A stretch of 64,000 nt of DNA from assembly GCF_003991155.1 (NCBI RefSeq), contig NZ_CP031293.1; one strand, given 5' to 3'. This document shows, piece by piece, positions 1 through 12,111 of this stretch. Each line of letters opens with the position of its first letter. The stretch's first letter is position 1. The notes beneath the pieces were generated by a model. It was not told the DNA's origin, made no database searches, and saw only the letters and a list, made by a program, of their open reading frames with translations. Source of the DNA: Escherichia coli. GTDB taxonomy: Bacteria > Pseudomonadota > Gammaproteobacteria > Enterobacterales > Enterobacteriaceae. A program made the position numbers and the translations under genes.

Positions 1-275
1 GTTTCAATGTAGTAAAGGCCCGGCAGACGGTTTTCCATCCGTTGGGTCAGGGAAGTATCAACGTTCTCGCCGTGCCAGGCGTCCAGCATCTGCTGGCTAA
101 AACTGTCCGTTCCCAGCGCCGTTACGTAATGAACGGTTAATGCCGCAGGATCGACCTGACGGGCGATATAGACGGAAGTGTTCAGGGTATCTCCGCCGAA
201 ACCGCGCTTAACGTCCGCGCCTTTCTCGGAAAGCTCAATCATGCATTCGCCAATCACGGCAATCTTTTTGGACAT
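1..275 (-). CDS. kdgK: 2-dehydro-3-deoxygluconokinase KdgK, N-terminal part (gene continues beyond window start)
   Basis: Minus-strand translation from ATG at 275 reads MSKKIAVIGECMIELSEKGADVKRGFGGDTLNTSVYIARQVDPAAL..., a PfkB-type sugar kinase N-terminus; divergent from pdeH as in K-12 synteny. Confidence 0.85.
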   Translation of the reverse strand, partial: MSKKIAVIGECMIELSEKGADVKRGFGGDTLNTSVYIARQVDPAALTVHYVTALGTDSFSQQMLDAWHGENVDTSLTQRMENRLPGLYYIE

Positions 276-431
276 AGTCGTGAACCTGATCTGTAAAAAA
301 TTAGCGTTAGTTTGCGCTGTGGTGGTTTGCTGGTCAACCATATTAAAACAGTGTTCCATTATTTTTTTGAGCCAGAACGTATTCCTGAAAGATTCCGTTG
401 TGGAGTGGGGAAATTTACCCCGGCCAGGCGG

Positions 432-458
432 TAAAGTTCTGCCCTTGCGCGCCGATAA
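432..458 (+). promoter_or_regulatory. sigma-28 (FliA) class-3 flagellar promoter upstream of pdeH
   Basis: TAAAGTTC - 11 nt - GCCGATAA matches the FliA consensus TAAAGTTT-N11-GCCGATAA; lies about 50 nt upstream of the pdeH ATG. Confidence 0.75.
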
Positions 459-506
459 TCTTTGTCGAGTCCGGGCAGCATCACTTTTAAACACAGGACA
501 TCTTTG

Positions 507-1274
507 ATGATAAGGCAGGTTATCCAGCGAATAAGCAACCCTGAAGCAAGCATCGAGAGCTTGCAGGAACGGCGTTTTTGGTTGCAGTGTGAGCGTGCTT
601 ACACCTGGCAGCCGATCTATCAAACATGCGGGCGGTTAATGGCCGTGGAGCTATTAACGGTGGTCACGCATCCCTTGAACCCTTCGCAACGCCTGCCGCC
701 GGATCGCTATTTTACTGAAATCACCGTTAGCCATCGGATGGAGGTTGTGAAAGAGCAGATTGATTTGCTGGCGCAAAAAGCCGACTTCTTTGTAGAGCAC
801 GGCCTGCTGGCATCGGTCAATATTGATGGCCCTACGCTCATCGCCCTGCGTCAGCAACCAAAAATCCTGCGCCAGATTGAGGATCTTCCCTGGCTGCGTT
901 TCGAACTGGTGGAACACATCCGCCTGCCGAAAGATTCAACCTTTGCCTCGATGTGTGAATTTGGCCCGCTGTGGCTGGATGATTTTGGTACCGGGATGGC
1001 AAATTTCTCTGCACTAAGTGAAGTGCGTTATGACTACATCAAAATCGCGCGAGAACTGTTTGTGATGCTGCGTCAGTCGCCGGAAGGACGCACACTCTTT
1101 TCTCAGCTTTTACATCTAATGAATCGCTATTGTCGCGGGGTGATTGTCGAGGGCGTAGAAACGCCGGAAGAGTGGCGTGATGTTCAGAACTCGCCCGCAT
1201 TCGCCGCACAAGGCTGGTTTCTTTCACGCCCGTCACCGATAGAAACGCTGAATACGGCGGTTCTGGCGCTATAA
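507..1274 (+). CDS. pdeH: c-di-GMP phosphodiesterase PdeH (YhjH), EAL domain
   Basis: ORF 462..1274; protein begins MIRQVIQRISNPEASIESLQERRFWLQCERAYTWQPIYQ, recognised as YhjH; start taken at internal ATG 507. Confidence 0.92.
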   Translation: MIRQVIQRISNPEASIESLQERRFWLQCERAYTWQPIYQTCGRLMAVELLTVVTHPLNPSQRLPPDRYFTEITVSHRMEVVKEQIDLLAQKADFFVEHGLLASVNIDGPTLIALRQQPKILRQIEDLPWLRFELVEHIRLPKDSTFASMCEFGPLWLDDFGTGMANFSALSEVRYDYIKIARELFVMLRQSPEGRTLFSQLLHLMNRYCRGVIVEGVETPEEWRDVQNSPAFAAQGWFLSRPSPIETLNTAVLAL

Positions 1275-1343
1275 GCTGCCTCATTTTCCGCCTGGCTGGA
1301 CTATCTTTAGGACTGGCACAGGAAGAATATGAGGAAGCGAACG

Positions 1344-3404
1344 ATGAGCAAGGCAGGCAAAATAACCGCTGCGATTTCAGGGGCTTTCTTGTTGTTGATT
1401 GTCGTGGCGATCATTTTGATTGCAACTTTTGACTGGAATCGACTAAAACCGACCATCAACCAGAAAGTCTCTGCGGAGTTGAATCGTCCGTTCGCTATCC
1501 GTGGCGATCTGGGCGTGGTGTGGGAGCGGCAAAAGCAAGAAACTGGCTGGCGCAGCTGGGTGCCGTGGCCCCATGTACACGCGGAAGACATTATTCTTGG
1601 CAACCCACCAGATATTCCCGAAGTCACAATGGTGCATTTGCCACGCGTAGAGGCAACGCTGGCACCGTTGGCGCTGCTGACCAAAACGGTCTGGCTACCG
1701 TGGATCAAACTGGAAAAGCCCGACGCATGCCTGATTCGCCTCTCTGAAAAGAACAATAACTGGACCTTTAATCTCGCCAGCGATGACAACAAAGACACGA
1801 ATGCAAAGCCGTCGGCATGGTCGTTTCGGCTGGATAATATTCTGTTCGATCAAGGGCGGATCGCCATTGATGACAAAGTAAGCAAAGCGGATCTAGAAAT
1901 TTTTGTCGATCCGTTAGGCAAGCCGCTGCCGTTCAGCGAAGTTACTGGATCGAAAGGTAAAGCGGATAAAGAAAAGGTGGGCGATTACGTTTTTGGCCTG
2001 AAGGCGCAGGGACGTTATAAGGGAGAGCCGCTCACTGGTACGGGAAAAATAGGCGGTATGCTGGCGCTGCGTGGCGAAGGGACGCCGTTTCCGGTACAGG
2101 CTGATTTCCGCTCTGGTAACACCCGTGTTGCTTTTGATGGCGTTGTGAATGACCCAATGAAGATGGGTGGTGTCGATTTACGGCTTAAATTTTCTGGCGA
2201 TTCGCTGGGTGATCTCTATGAACTGACGGGCGTTCTGCTGCCCGATACCCCGCCGTTTGAAACGGATGGTCGGCTGGTAGCGAAAATCGACACTGAAAAA
2301 TCGTCGGTCTTTGATTATCGCGGCTTTAATGGGCGCATTGGCGATAGCGATATCCACGGTTCTCTGGTCTACACCACCGGCAAGCCACGACCAAAACTGG
2401 AAGGTGATGTCGAGTCGCGGCAATTGCGGCTGGCGGACCTGGGACCGTTGATTGGCGTTGATTCCGGGAAAGGAGCTGAAAAGTCGACACGGTCTGAACA
2501 GAAGAAGGGTGAAAAAAGCGTTCAGCCTGCGGGCAAAGTGCTGCCTTATGACCGCTTCGAAACCGATAAATGGGACGTTATGGATGCCGATGTTCGCTTC
2601 AAAGGGCGGCGCATTGAGCATGGCAGTAGCCTGCCGATTAGCGATCTTTCTACTCATATCATCCTCAAAAATGCTGACCTGCGCCTGCAACCGCTGAAAT
2701 TTGGCATGGCGGGCGGCAGCATTGCGGCGAATATTCATCTGGAAGGTGATAAAAAACCGATGCAAGGGCGGGCAGATATTCAGGCTCGTCGACTGAAACT
2801 GAAAGAACTGATGCCCGATGTGGAACTGATGCAGAAGACGCTGGGGGAAATGAACGGTGACGCGGAACTACGCGGTAGCGGTAACTCGGTGGCGGCGCTT
2901 TTAGGCAACAGTAACGGCAACCTGAAACTGTTGATGAATGACGGGCTGGTGAGCCGCAACCTGATGGAGATTGTCGGGCTGAATGTCGGCAACTACATTG
3001 TCGGTGCGATATTTGGTGACGATGAGGTGCGGGTGAACTGCGCGGCGGCGAATCTTGATATTGCCAACGGCGTGGCGCGCCCGCAGATCTTTGCTTTCGA
3101 TACTGAGAACGCGTTGATTAACGTTACCGGCACGGCAAGTTTTGCTTCGGAACAGCTGGATTTGACTATTGATCCGGAGAGTAAAGGAATTCGGATTATC
3201 ACACTGCGTTCGCCGCTGTATGTGCGTGGGACGTTTAAAAATCCGCAGGCTGGGGTGAAAGCCGGGCCGTTGATTGCTCGCGGAGCCGTCGCGGCGGCAC
3301 TGGCAACGCTGGTAACACCGGCGGCGGCGTTACTGGCGCTGATCTCTCCTTCCGAAGGGGAGGCTAATCAGTGTCGGACGATTTTGTCGCAGATGAAGAA
3401 GTGA
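1344..3404 (+). CDS. yhjG: AsmA-family inner membrane protein YhjG
   Basis: ORF 1329..3404; N-terminal TM helix (MSKAGKITAAISGAFLLLIVVAIILIATF) then long periplasmic region; synteny. Confidence 0.9.
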   Translation: MSKAGKITAAISGAFLLLIVVAIILIATFDWNRLKPTINQKVSAELNRPFAIRGDLGVVWERQKQETGWRSWVPWPHVHAEDIILGNPPDIPEVTMVHLPRVEATLAPLALLTKTVWLPWIKLEKPDACLIRLSEKNNNWTFNLASDDNKDTNAKPSAWSFRLDNILFDQGRIAIDDKVSKADLEIFVDPLGKPLPFSEVTGSKGKADKEKVGDYVFGLKAQGRYKGEPLTGTGKIGGMLALRGEGTPFPVQADFRSGNTRVAFDGVVNDPMKMGGVDLRLKFSGDSLGDLYELTGVLLPDTPPFETDGRLVAKIDTEKSSVFDYRGFNGRIGDSDIHGSLVYTTGKPRPKLEGDVESRQLRLADLGPLIGVDSGKGAEKSTRSEQKKGEKSVQPAGKVLPYDRFETDKWDVMDADVRFKGRRIEHGSSLPISDLSTHIILKNADLRLQPLKFGMAGGSIAANIHLEGDKKPMQGRADIQARRLKLKELMPDVELMQKTLGEMNGDAELRGSGNSVAALLGNSNGNLKLLMNDGLVSRNLMEIVGLNVGNYIVGAIFGDDEVRVNCAAANLDIANGVARPQIFAFDTENALINVTGTASFASEQLDLTIDPESKGIRIITLRSPLYVRGTFKNPQAGVKAGPLIARGAVAAALATLVTPAAALLALISPSEGEANQCRTILSQMKK

Positions 3405-3410
3405 TGATAA

Positions 3411-3435
3411 TTGCCGGATGTCTGACATCCGGCAA
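3411..3435. terminator. Palindromic hairpin between convergent yhjG and yhjE
   Basis: ttgccggatgtc/tgacatccggcaa perfect inverted repeat immediately after yhjG stop. Confidence 0.5.
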
Positions 3436-3474
3436 TTAAACAGATTTAGATTGTTGGCAAAGTGTGCTTTGTTC

Positions 3475-3570
3475 ATGCCGGATGCGGCGTGAACGCCTCC
3501 GACTTACAAATCCTTGCTAATTCAATATATTGTATGGGAATTCAGGCCTGATAAGCGTAGCGCATCAGGC
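3475..3570. repeat. REP (repetitive extragenic palindromic) elements
   Basis: gccggatgcggcgtgaacgcc and gcctgataagcgtagcgcatcaggc are classic E. coli REP/PU sequences. Confidence 0.7.
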
Positions 3571-3582
3571 TTTTCACTCTTA

Positions 3583-4905
3583 TTACAACGACTGATGTCG
3601 CGTCTCATGGGTCAGCAGCAGGGCGATTAACGTCAAGCCAGCCATCGCCGCCAGATATAACCCCACCGCACCTAACCCGTAGTTAGTCTGCAACCAGGCT
3701 GCGATATACGGCGCAACGGAAGCCCCGAGAATCGACGCTACGTTGTAAGAGAACGATGCTCCGGTGTAACGCACTTCTGTTGGGAACAGCTCTGGTAACA
3801 GCGCGCCCATTGGCCCGAAGGTCAGCCCCATCAGACTTAACCCCAGCAGCAGGAAGGCAAAAACCAGAATCGGGTTGCCAGAACCGAGCAGCGGGTTAAA
3901 GGCGAACAGCGCGAACAGGATGATCAGCGTGGTGATAATTACCATGCTTTTACGGCGACCAAAGGCATCAGCCAGTAATCCGGCGACTGGCACCATCACG
4001 CCAAAACCAATAACTGCCATCATCAGCATCCACAACACTTCGTTACGTGGCAGGCCAAGCCCAACTGGCGCGGCGGCGGTACTGAAGGTCATAGAGTAGA
4101 CCGTCATGATGTAAAACAGCGTATATGTTGCCAGCATGATGAACGTACCCAGTACGGTTACGCGAACATGTTTGGTCAGCAGCGTACCCAGCGGGATCTT
4201 CACCTGTTTTTTCGCTTTAGCGACTTTCTCAAACACCGGCGACTCATGCAGCGACACGCGAACATACAGGCCGATAATGACCAGCACCGCCGAGAAGATA
4301 AATGGCACACGCCAGCCCCAGCTCATAAACTGCTCATCGGTCAGTAGCCAGGAAAGCAGCAAGAAAGTGCCGTTGGCAAAGAAGAAGCCAATCGGTGCGC
4401 CCAGCTGTGGGAAGGAGCCATACAGTGCACGTTTGCGCGGTGGGGCGTTTTCAGTCGCCAGCAGCGCCGCGCCGCCCCATTCACCGCCTAAGCCCAGACC
4501 CTGACCAAATCGAGCCAGCGCCAGCAGCAGTGGGGCGAAAATACCAATCGTGGCATAGCCCGGCAGCAGACCAATCACCACGGTCGAAATCCCCATCGTT
4601 AGCAACGAGGCGACCAGCGTCGCTTTACGCCCAACGCGATCGCCAAAATGACCAAAAACGGCAGAGCCAATGGGGCGCGCGACGAAGGCGATGGCGAAGG
4701 TGGCGAGCGACTGTAGCGTTGCTGCCGTTGGATCGCCCTGTGGGAAGAAGATATGCGGAAACACAATAACGGCCGCAGTGGCGTAAATGTAAAAGTCGAA
4801 GAACTCAATGGCCGTGCCAATGAGAGAGGCGACAAGGACTTTATTACGCGAGTTGATCGGCGTGTATTCTTGCTCGTGGTCGAGTGTTGTGGCTGTTGCT
4901 TGCAT
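3583..4905 (-). CDS. yhjE: MFS metabolite:H+ symporter family transporter YhjE
   Basis: 440-aa ORF with about 12 predicted TM segments, MFS motifs (GHFGDRVGRK); synteny. Confidence 0.9.
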   Translation of the reverse strand: MQATATTLDHEQEYTPINSRNKVLVASLIGTAIEFFDFYIYATAAVIVFPHIFFPQGDPTAATLQSLATFAIAFVARPIGSAVFGHFGDRVGRKATLVASLLTMGISTVVIGLLPGYATIGIFAPLLLALARFGQGLGLGGEWGGAALLATENAPPRKRALYGSFPQLGAPIGFFFANGTFLLLSWLLTDEQFMSWGWRVPFIFSAVLVIIGLYVRVSLHESPVFEKVAKAKKQVKIPLGTLLTKHVRVTVLGTFIMLATYTLFYIMTVYSMTFSTAAAPVGLGLPRNEVLWMLMMAVIGFGVMVPVAGLLADAFGRRKSMVIITTLIILFALFAFNPLLGSGNPILVFAFLLLGLSLMGLTFGPMGALLPELFPTEVRYTGASFSYNVASILGASVAPYIAAWLQTNYGLGAVGLYLAAMAGLTLIALLLTHETRHQSL

Positions 4906-5217
4906 AATCTTTTCTTATTTTTTGGCTAACGAATAGCCATATTACGCACAGCAAAAGTGATATTTCAATGTGTAACAAATCGCGGAAATGGTCAAAAACC
5001 AGGCAAAAAGGGGATAATGTTTAGGCCAGTGATTTTTCTTCTATGAAATGCTTCACATAATTTTATAAATAGTGGATAAAACTGGTTTCAGGTTAAATAA
5101 AAGTTACCAACTGGATTTATATGCTGGGGTTATGAGTTGGAATGAAATTGTTTGCTCCCAAATAGATGGCTGAAGAGGCTCTGGGGACGAGTTTCAAGAG
5201 GTTATGTGCGCATTATA

Positions 5218-5311
5218 GCCGGATGCGATGCTGGCGCATCTTATCCGGCCTACGGGGAGCCAGGCCGAATAAAATCGTATGCCGGATAAGGCGTTTACGC
5301 CGCATCCGGCC
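5218..5311. repeat. REP elements (two palindromic units)
   Basis: gccggatgcgatgctggcgcatcttatccggcc and gccggataaggcgtttacgccgcatccggcc palindromic units. Confidence 0.65.
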
Positions 5312-5315
5312 TATT

Positions 5316-6329
5316 TTAAGGCTGCGTTTTCCCTGGCATTCGCGGGTCGTCTTTATATTCGGCGGTGGCAATCCACGCCGCGCAAAACAGCGTCAAACGG
5401 GCGAAGAAGTAGAAAAATGCCATCAGCCCCAGCACGGAACCAAATGCTGCGCCAGAGGGGGATTTCATCAGCGATGGCAAGGTGTAGGTCATCACGATTT
5501 TAATCACTTCAAAACCAATAGCAGCCAGAAATGTTCCGCGAATCAGGGCTTTTTTGCGCGGACGGTGGCGCGGCAACCGCCAGAAGATCCAGAAGAAAAG
5601 CAGATAGTTGGCGAAGATGGAAATCGCCAGGCCAATCAACCGCCACGTCGGTTTCAGCCACTCAATGCTGTTCAGGTGCAGGGCGCTAATAATCATTTGC
5701 TGCGCCGAACCGGCAACCGAGGTGATCGACAGCGTCACAATCAGCGCAATTAACAAACCAATCAGTGAAATAAAATCACGCAGATATTTTACCCAGAACT
5801 TCTCCTGATCTTGCGGCGAGCGTTCCCAGACATCGCGCGACTGGGCACGAATCGCTTCACGCAGGTTACCCATCCAGTTGATGCCGGAATAAAGCGCCAC
5901 CGCCAGGCCGACAAGCCCTACAGTCGTACGCTGCTGAACGGCGGTGTTGATGGTGTTTTTCAACGTGGCGGCTAGCGTCGGATCGCTGATGTTTTGCAGA
6001 ATTTTGTCGAAGATATCCTGTAGCAACATCGGATGGGAGGCCAGCACAAAGCCCCCTGCGGCAAACGACACCATCAAAATCGGGATCATCGATAAAAATG
6101 AGAAATAGGTGATAGCCGCACCAAACTGGTTACCCAGCCGATCGTTAAAGCGTTCTGTCGCGCGAATCAGGTGCGCAATAACCGGTTGGCGTTGGACTTT
6201 TTCGGCAGTGGTGGTGACGGTTTCCAGCGCCTGGCTAACTTTGCCGCCTTTCTCGCTATTATCCAACTGCTTAATCGGCTCGTGCTCCTGATCCTGGGTG
6301 GGACGTTTGATCTCGTTTTCCTGCGTCAT
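5316..6329 (-). CDS. yhjD: Inner membrane protein YhjD (YihY/BrkB family)
   Basis: 337-aa ORF, multi-TM; sequence MTQENEIKRP...; synteny. Confidence 0.9.
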   Translation of the reverse strand: MTQENEIKRPTQDQEHEPIKQLDNSEKGGKVSQALETVTTTAEKVQRQPVIAHLIRATERFNDRLGNQFGAAITYFSFLSMIPILMVSFAAGGFVLASHPMLLQDIFDKILQNISDPTLAATLKNTINTAVQQRTTVGLVGLAVALYSGINWMGNLREAIRAQSRDVWERSPQDQEKFWVKYLRDFISLIGLLIALIVTLSITSVAGSAQQMIISALHLNSIEWLKPTWRLIGLAISIFANYLLFFWIFWRLPRHRPRKKALIRGTFLAAIGFEVIKIVMTYTLPSLMKSPSGAAFGSVLGLMAFFYFFARLTLFCAAWIATAEYKDDPRMPGKTQP

Positions 6330-6377
6330 CCGCTCTTTTGTCCTTCTGTCGTGGTCATTCTTAAAAAGTATAGTCGG

Positions 6378-7277
6378 TCAGTCCAGGTGCTCTTTCATTA
6401 CGCCAGCCAGCCACTGCATAAACAGGTTTACACGCCGGGAAAGCTCCCGACGCTGCGGGTAAACCAGCGAAAGGGAGAGCGGCTCGGCACGGTAGCCTGG
6501 CAACACTTCAATAAGCCGCCCGGCACGCAGGGCTTCGCGCACGGCAATGCGCGGGATCTGAATAATCCCCAGACCGGCAAGACCGGCGGCGAGATAGTTT
6601 TCGCTACTGTTTACCGTCAACATGCCGCCAGACTTAAACCACTGGACGCCATTAACGCTGGCAACCTCAAAACCTAACGGATGTACACCCAGGTGCGGTG
6701 TATAACGCACTATTGCGTGTGAAGTCAGATCATCGGGGCTTTGCGGATAACCAAAGCGCGTCAGATAGTGCGGACTGGCACAGTTGACCATGGTCAGTTT
6801 GCCGAGGGGACGGGCGATAACGCCATCTTCCGGTAACGCGCCAGTGCGTATCACGCAATCAAAACCATCATGAAGAATATCTACCGGACGGTCATGGCTA
6901 CTCAGTTCCAGCTCAATTCCCGGATGCAGATAGAGAAATTCCGACAGGCGCGGCAGTAACAGGCTTTTCGCGATTCCTGGCGGGATGTCGATGCGTAATT
7001 TACCGCTGATACTGGTGGCATCCTGTTGAAACAGACCGTCCAGTTCGCTGAGATTACTCAACACATCTTTTGCTCGTTGATAATAGGTCATGCCTTCTGG
7101 CGTGAGTTTGACCCGTCGCGTGGTGCGCTGGAGAAGCTGGGTGCCAAGTTGATGTTCCAGTGCCTGTATCTGGCGCGAAACACTTCCTTTTGGCAAAGCA
7201 AAGAAATCCGCCGCGCGGGAAAAACTTTCCAGCTCCGCGACTTTGATGAACAACTGCATTGCGTGAATTTTATCCAT
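6378..7277 (-). CDS. yhjC: LysR-family transcriptional regulator YhjC
   Basis: ORF 6378..7349; N-terminal HTH MDKIHAMQLFIKVAELESFSRAADFFALPKGSVSRQIQALEHQLGTQLL typical of LysR; start chosen at MDKIH. Confidence 0.88.
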   Translation of the reverse strand: MDKIHAMQLFIKVAELESFSRAADFFALPKGSVSRQIQALEHQLGTQLLQRTTRRVKLTPEGMTYYQRAKDVLSNLSELDGLFQQDATSISGKLRIDIPPGIAKSLLLPRLSEFLYLHPGIELELSSHDRPVDILHDGFDCVIRTGALPEDGVIARPLGKLTMVNCASPHYLTRFGYPQSPDDLTSHAIVRYTPHLGVHPLGFEVASVNGVQWFKSGGMLTVNSSENYLAAGLAGLGIIQIPRIAVREALRAGRLIEVLPGYRAEPLSLSLVYPQRRELSRRVNLFMQWLAGVMKEHLD

Positions 7278-7796
7278 TTCTTTGACCGATTGTTGTTCAC
7301 AGCGAAACAGTAACGCGCATATCGCATTGTTTATTGTTTTTTCTAACATCTAATGCCGGGTTTCACAATGTTGTCATGACGAATGTGGCGATTTCTCAGC
7401 AGGAAAAGGGCGGAATAGCTTTCTGAGAAAGGTGAATCCCCCTAAACAGAGCGTATTTTTCAGCGATTCCCTTTAAAGTGAATAGAGGACGTGTTGGCTA
7501 TTTGTGCTTATTTTTGTCTCATTGCCGTTTGTTATTTTTGCTTGTGGTCGCGGAGTTTCATTTTTAATTGCATGCGTACTAACCACCAATATAAGGAAAT
7601 CCTCAAAATTGTTTTAAATAGTGCCCTCGACATGTAATTTCAGGCGTTTAGCTGTAACTATTTATATCGGTAACTATTTTCTACGCGTCATCTCTGTAGA
7701 ATGGCCACCGCCAAATGGCGAATTCTTATTTTTTCTCGCGGGTAATACCCTTCCACTACTTAAGTCTTTTTAACGTATTCAGGTGGAGATTCAGTT

Positions 7797-8399
7797 ATGC
7801 AAATAGTCATGTTTGACAGGCAGTCAATATTTATTCATGGAATGAAAATCAGTTTACAGCAGCGTATTCCAGGAGTGAGTATTCAGGGGGCCAGTCAGGC
7901 AGACGAGTTATGGCAAAAGCTGGAAAGTTACCCTGAAGCCTTAGTTATGCTCGATGGCGATCAGGATGGTGAGTTTTGCTACTGGTTGCTGCAAAAAACC
8001 GTGGTGCAGTTTCCTGAGGTTAAGGTGTTAATCACGGCGACGGATTGCAATAAACGGTGGTTACAGGAAGTTATCCATTTTAATGTGCTGGCCATTGTGC
8101 CTCGTGATTCAACCGTCGAGACATTTGCGTTGGCGGTAAATAGTGCGGCGATGGGGATGATGTTTCTGCCTGGAGACTGGCGGACGACGCCGGAAAAGGA
8201 CATTAAAGATCTCAAATCGTTAAGCGCCCGCCAGCGGGAGATTTTAACCATGTTAGCGGCGGGCGAATCAAATAAGGAGATCGGCAGAGCGCTGAATATC
8301 AGTACCGGAACGGTAAAAGCGCATCTGGAATCCCTGTATCGCCGTCTGGAAGTGAAAAATCGCACCCAGGCGGCAATGATGTTAAATATCTCCTCCTGA
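7797..8399 (+). CDS. yhjB: LuxR-type HTH transcriptional regulator YhjB (response-regulator-like)
   Basis: 200-aa ORF; C-terminal LuxR HTH (SARQREILTMLAAGESNKEIGRALNISTGTVKAHLESLYRRLEV). Confidence 0.9.
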   Translation: MQIVMFDRQSIFIHGMKISLQQRIPGVSIQGASQADELWQKLESYPEALVMLDGDQDGEFCYWLLQKTVVQFPEVKVLITATDCNKRWLQEVIHFNVLAIVPRDSTVETFALAVNSAAMGMMFLPGDWRTTPEKDIKDLKSLSARQREILTMLAAGESNKEIGRALNISTGTVKAHLESLYRRLEVKNRTQAAMMLNISS

Positions 8400-8449
8400 A
8401 GAGGATAATTTTACAGCCAGCAGGAAGTTAGCGGCTGGCTGTAAAAATA

Positions 8450-10129
<1,680 letters not shown>

Positions 10130-10382
10130 TTATCGGGCTTTTCTTTAAGGGTAGTCATTCGCTCCGCCTGGTGGGCGACAAAGCGTGCGGTGGATCACGT
10201 TTATTAACCTGCCAAAAAATATAACGCACTAATATCAATGGAATTTATAAAAATACGGATTTCGTGTTGTTTTTCATTTTCAGAACATTCAATCCTGCTC
10301 TCGCCGCAATCATGATATGCCATTCCTGATCTGGGTAATAGGCACAGGCTATCTTATTGATAGTTTATATTCATGTAATTGA

Positions 10383-10396
10383 TTGATTCCTATCAA
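10383..10396. promoter_or_regulatory. FNR/CRP-family binding site (TTGAT-N4-ATCAA) in yhjA promoter region
   Basis: Perfect TTGATtcctATCAA palindrome about 110 bp upstream of yhjA start; yhjA is known to be FNR-activated. Confidence 0.6.
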
Positions 10397-10503
10397 AAAG
10401 CGTATTTCCCTGTTTTTTATGATGGCTTTGTCTCGCAGAGACGTTTGCAGCATTCTGGAAAATTTTCTGGGTCACAATAACTCACCACCGTGAGGGAAGA
10501 ATA

Positions 10504-11901
10504 ATGAAAATGGTCTCACGTATTACCGCGATCGGCCTGGCTGGCGTCGCGATTTGCTATTTAGGGTTATCTGGTTATGTGTGGTACCACGATAATAAAC
10601 GCAGTAAACAGGCCGATGTTCAGGCATCTGCTGTCAGTGAAAATAATCAGGTTTTAGGTTTTCTTCGCGAAAAAGGATGCGACTATTGCCATACGCCTTC
10701 GGCAGAATTACCCGCCTATTATTATATTCCTGGCGCGAAACAGTTGATGGATTACGACATTAAGCTTGGATATAAATCTTTTAACCTCGAGGCCGTGCGT
10801 GCGGCTCTGCTGGCTGATAAACCCGTTTCGCAAAGCGATCTGAATAAGATTGAATGGGTAATGCAGTATGAAACCATGCCACCAACGCGTTATACCGCGC
10901 TACACTGGGCGGGTAAGGTGAGTGATGAAGAGCGGGCGGAAATACTCGCCTGGATTGCAAAACAACGCGCAGAATATTACGCCAGTAATGATACTGCTCC
11001 GGAGCATCGCAATGAACCGGTGCAGCCCATCCCGCAAAAACTGCCTACCGATGCGCAAAAAGTGGCGTTGGGCTTTGCGCTGTATCACGATCCCCGTTTA
11101 TCGGCTGATAGCACCATTTCATGCGCTCATTGCCATGCGTTGAATGCGGGGGGCGTCGATGGCAGAAAAACATCGATTGGTGTTGGTGGCGCAGTTGGGC
11201 CGATTAACGCGCCGACGGTATTTAACTCAGTATTTAACGTTGAGCAGTTTTGGGATGGTCGTGCGGCAACATTGCAGGATCAGGCTGGTGGACCGCCGTT
11301 GAACCCGATTGAAATGGCGTCGAAATCCTGGGACGAAATTATTGCTAAGCTGGAAAAAGATCCGCAGCTTAAAGCGCAGTTCCTCGAAGTCTATCCGCAA
11401 GGTTTCAGCGGTGAAAATATTACTGATGCCATTGCTGAATTTGAAAAAACATTAATTACGCCGGATTCCCCATTTGATAAATGGTTGCGTGGAGATGAGA
11501 ATGCGCTGACGGCACAACAGAAAAAAGGCTATCAATTATTTAAAGATAATAAATGTGCAACTTGTCATGGTGGTATTATTCTCGGCGGACGTTCCTTCGA
11601 ACCGTTGGGGCTGAAAAAAGACTTTAACTTTGGTGAAATTACGGCGGCGGATATTGGTCGTATGAATGTGACTAAAGAAGAGCGTGATAAATTGCGTCAG
11701 AAAGTACCCGGTTTACGTAACGTTGCTTTAACGGCACCGTACTTCCATCGCGGTGACGTGCCGACGCTGGACGGGGCGGTGAAACTGATGCTGCGCTATC
11801 AGGTAGGCAAAGAGCTGCCGCAGGAGGATGTGGATGATATCGTAGCTTTCCTGCACAGTCTGAACGGGGTTTACACGCCGTATATGCAGGATAAACAATA
11901 A
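10504..11901 (+). CDS. yhjA: Tri-haem cytochrome c peroxidase YhjA (Ccp)
   Basis: 465-aa ORF with N-terminal TM anchor and three CxxCH haem-binding motifs (CDYCH, CAHCH, CATCH). Confidence 0.92.
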   Translation: MKMVSRITAIGLAGVAICYLGLSGYVWYHDNKRSKQADVQASAVSENNQVLGFLREKGCDYCHTPSAELPAYYYIPGAKQLMDYDIKLGYKSFNLEAVRAALLADKPVSQSDLNKIEWVMQYETMPPTRYTALHWAGKVSDEERAEILAWIAKQRAEYYASNDTAPEHRNEPVQPIPQKLPTDAQKVALGFALYHDPRLSADSTISCAHCHALNAGGVDGRKTSIGVGGAVGPINAPTVFNSVFNVEQFWDGRAATLQDQAGGPPLNPIEMASKSWDEIIAKLEKDPQLKAQFLEVYPQGFSGENITDAIAEFEKTLITPDSPFDKWLRGDENALTAQQKKGYQLFKDNKCATCHGGIILGGRSFEPLGLKKDFNFGEITAADIGRMNVTKEERDKLRQKVPGLRNVALTAPYFHRGDVPTLDGAVKLMLRYQVGKELPQEDVDDIVAFLHSLNGVYTPYMQDKQ

Positions 11902-12012
11902 TTAATTTAATCGCCCGAACAGGAATGTTTGGGCGATTTTTATTACGATAATAAAGTCTGTTTTTAATATTATCATGTTAAATGTTTATATTATAAAAAG
12001 TCGTTTTTCTGC

Positions 12013-12032
12013 TTAGGATTTTGTTATTTAAA
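12013..12032 (+). promoter_or_regulatory. GAD box (GadE/RcsB binding site) of the gadA promoter
   Basis: Exact 20-bp TTAGGATTTTGTTATTTAAA consensus about 80 bp upstream of gadA ATG. Confidence 0.85.
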
Positions 12033-12111
12033 TTAAGCCTGTAATACCTTGCTTCCATTGCGGATAAATCCTACTTTTTTATTGCCTTCAAATAAATTTA
12101 AGGAGTTCGAA

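Noticed and set aside
1307..1798. 163-aa minus-strand ORF overlapping the yhjG 5' region
   Set aside because: Antisense to yhjG and overlapping the pdeH-yhjG junction; no support beyond being open.
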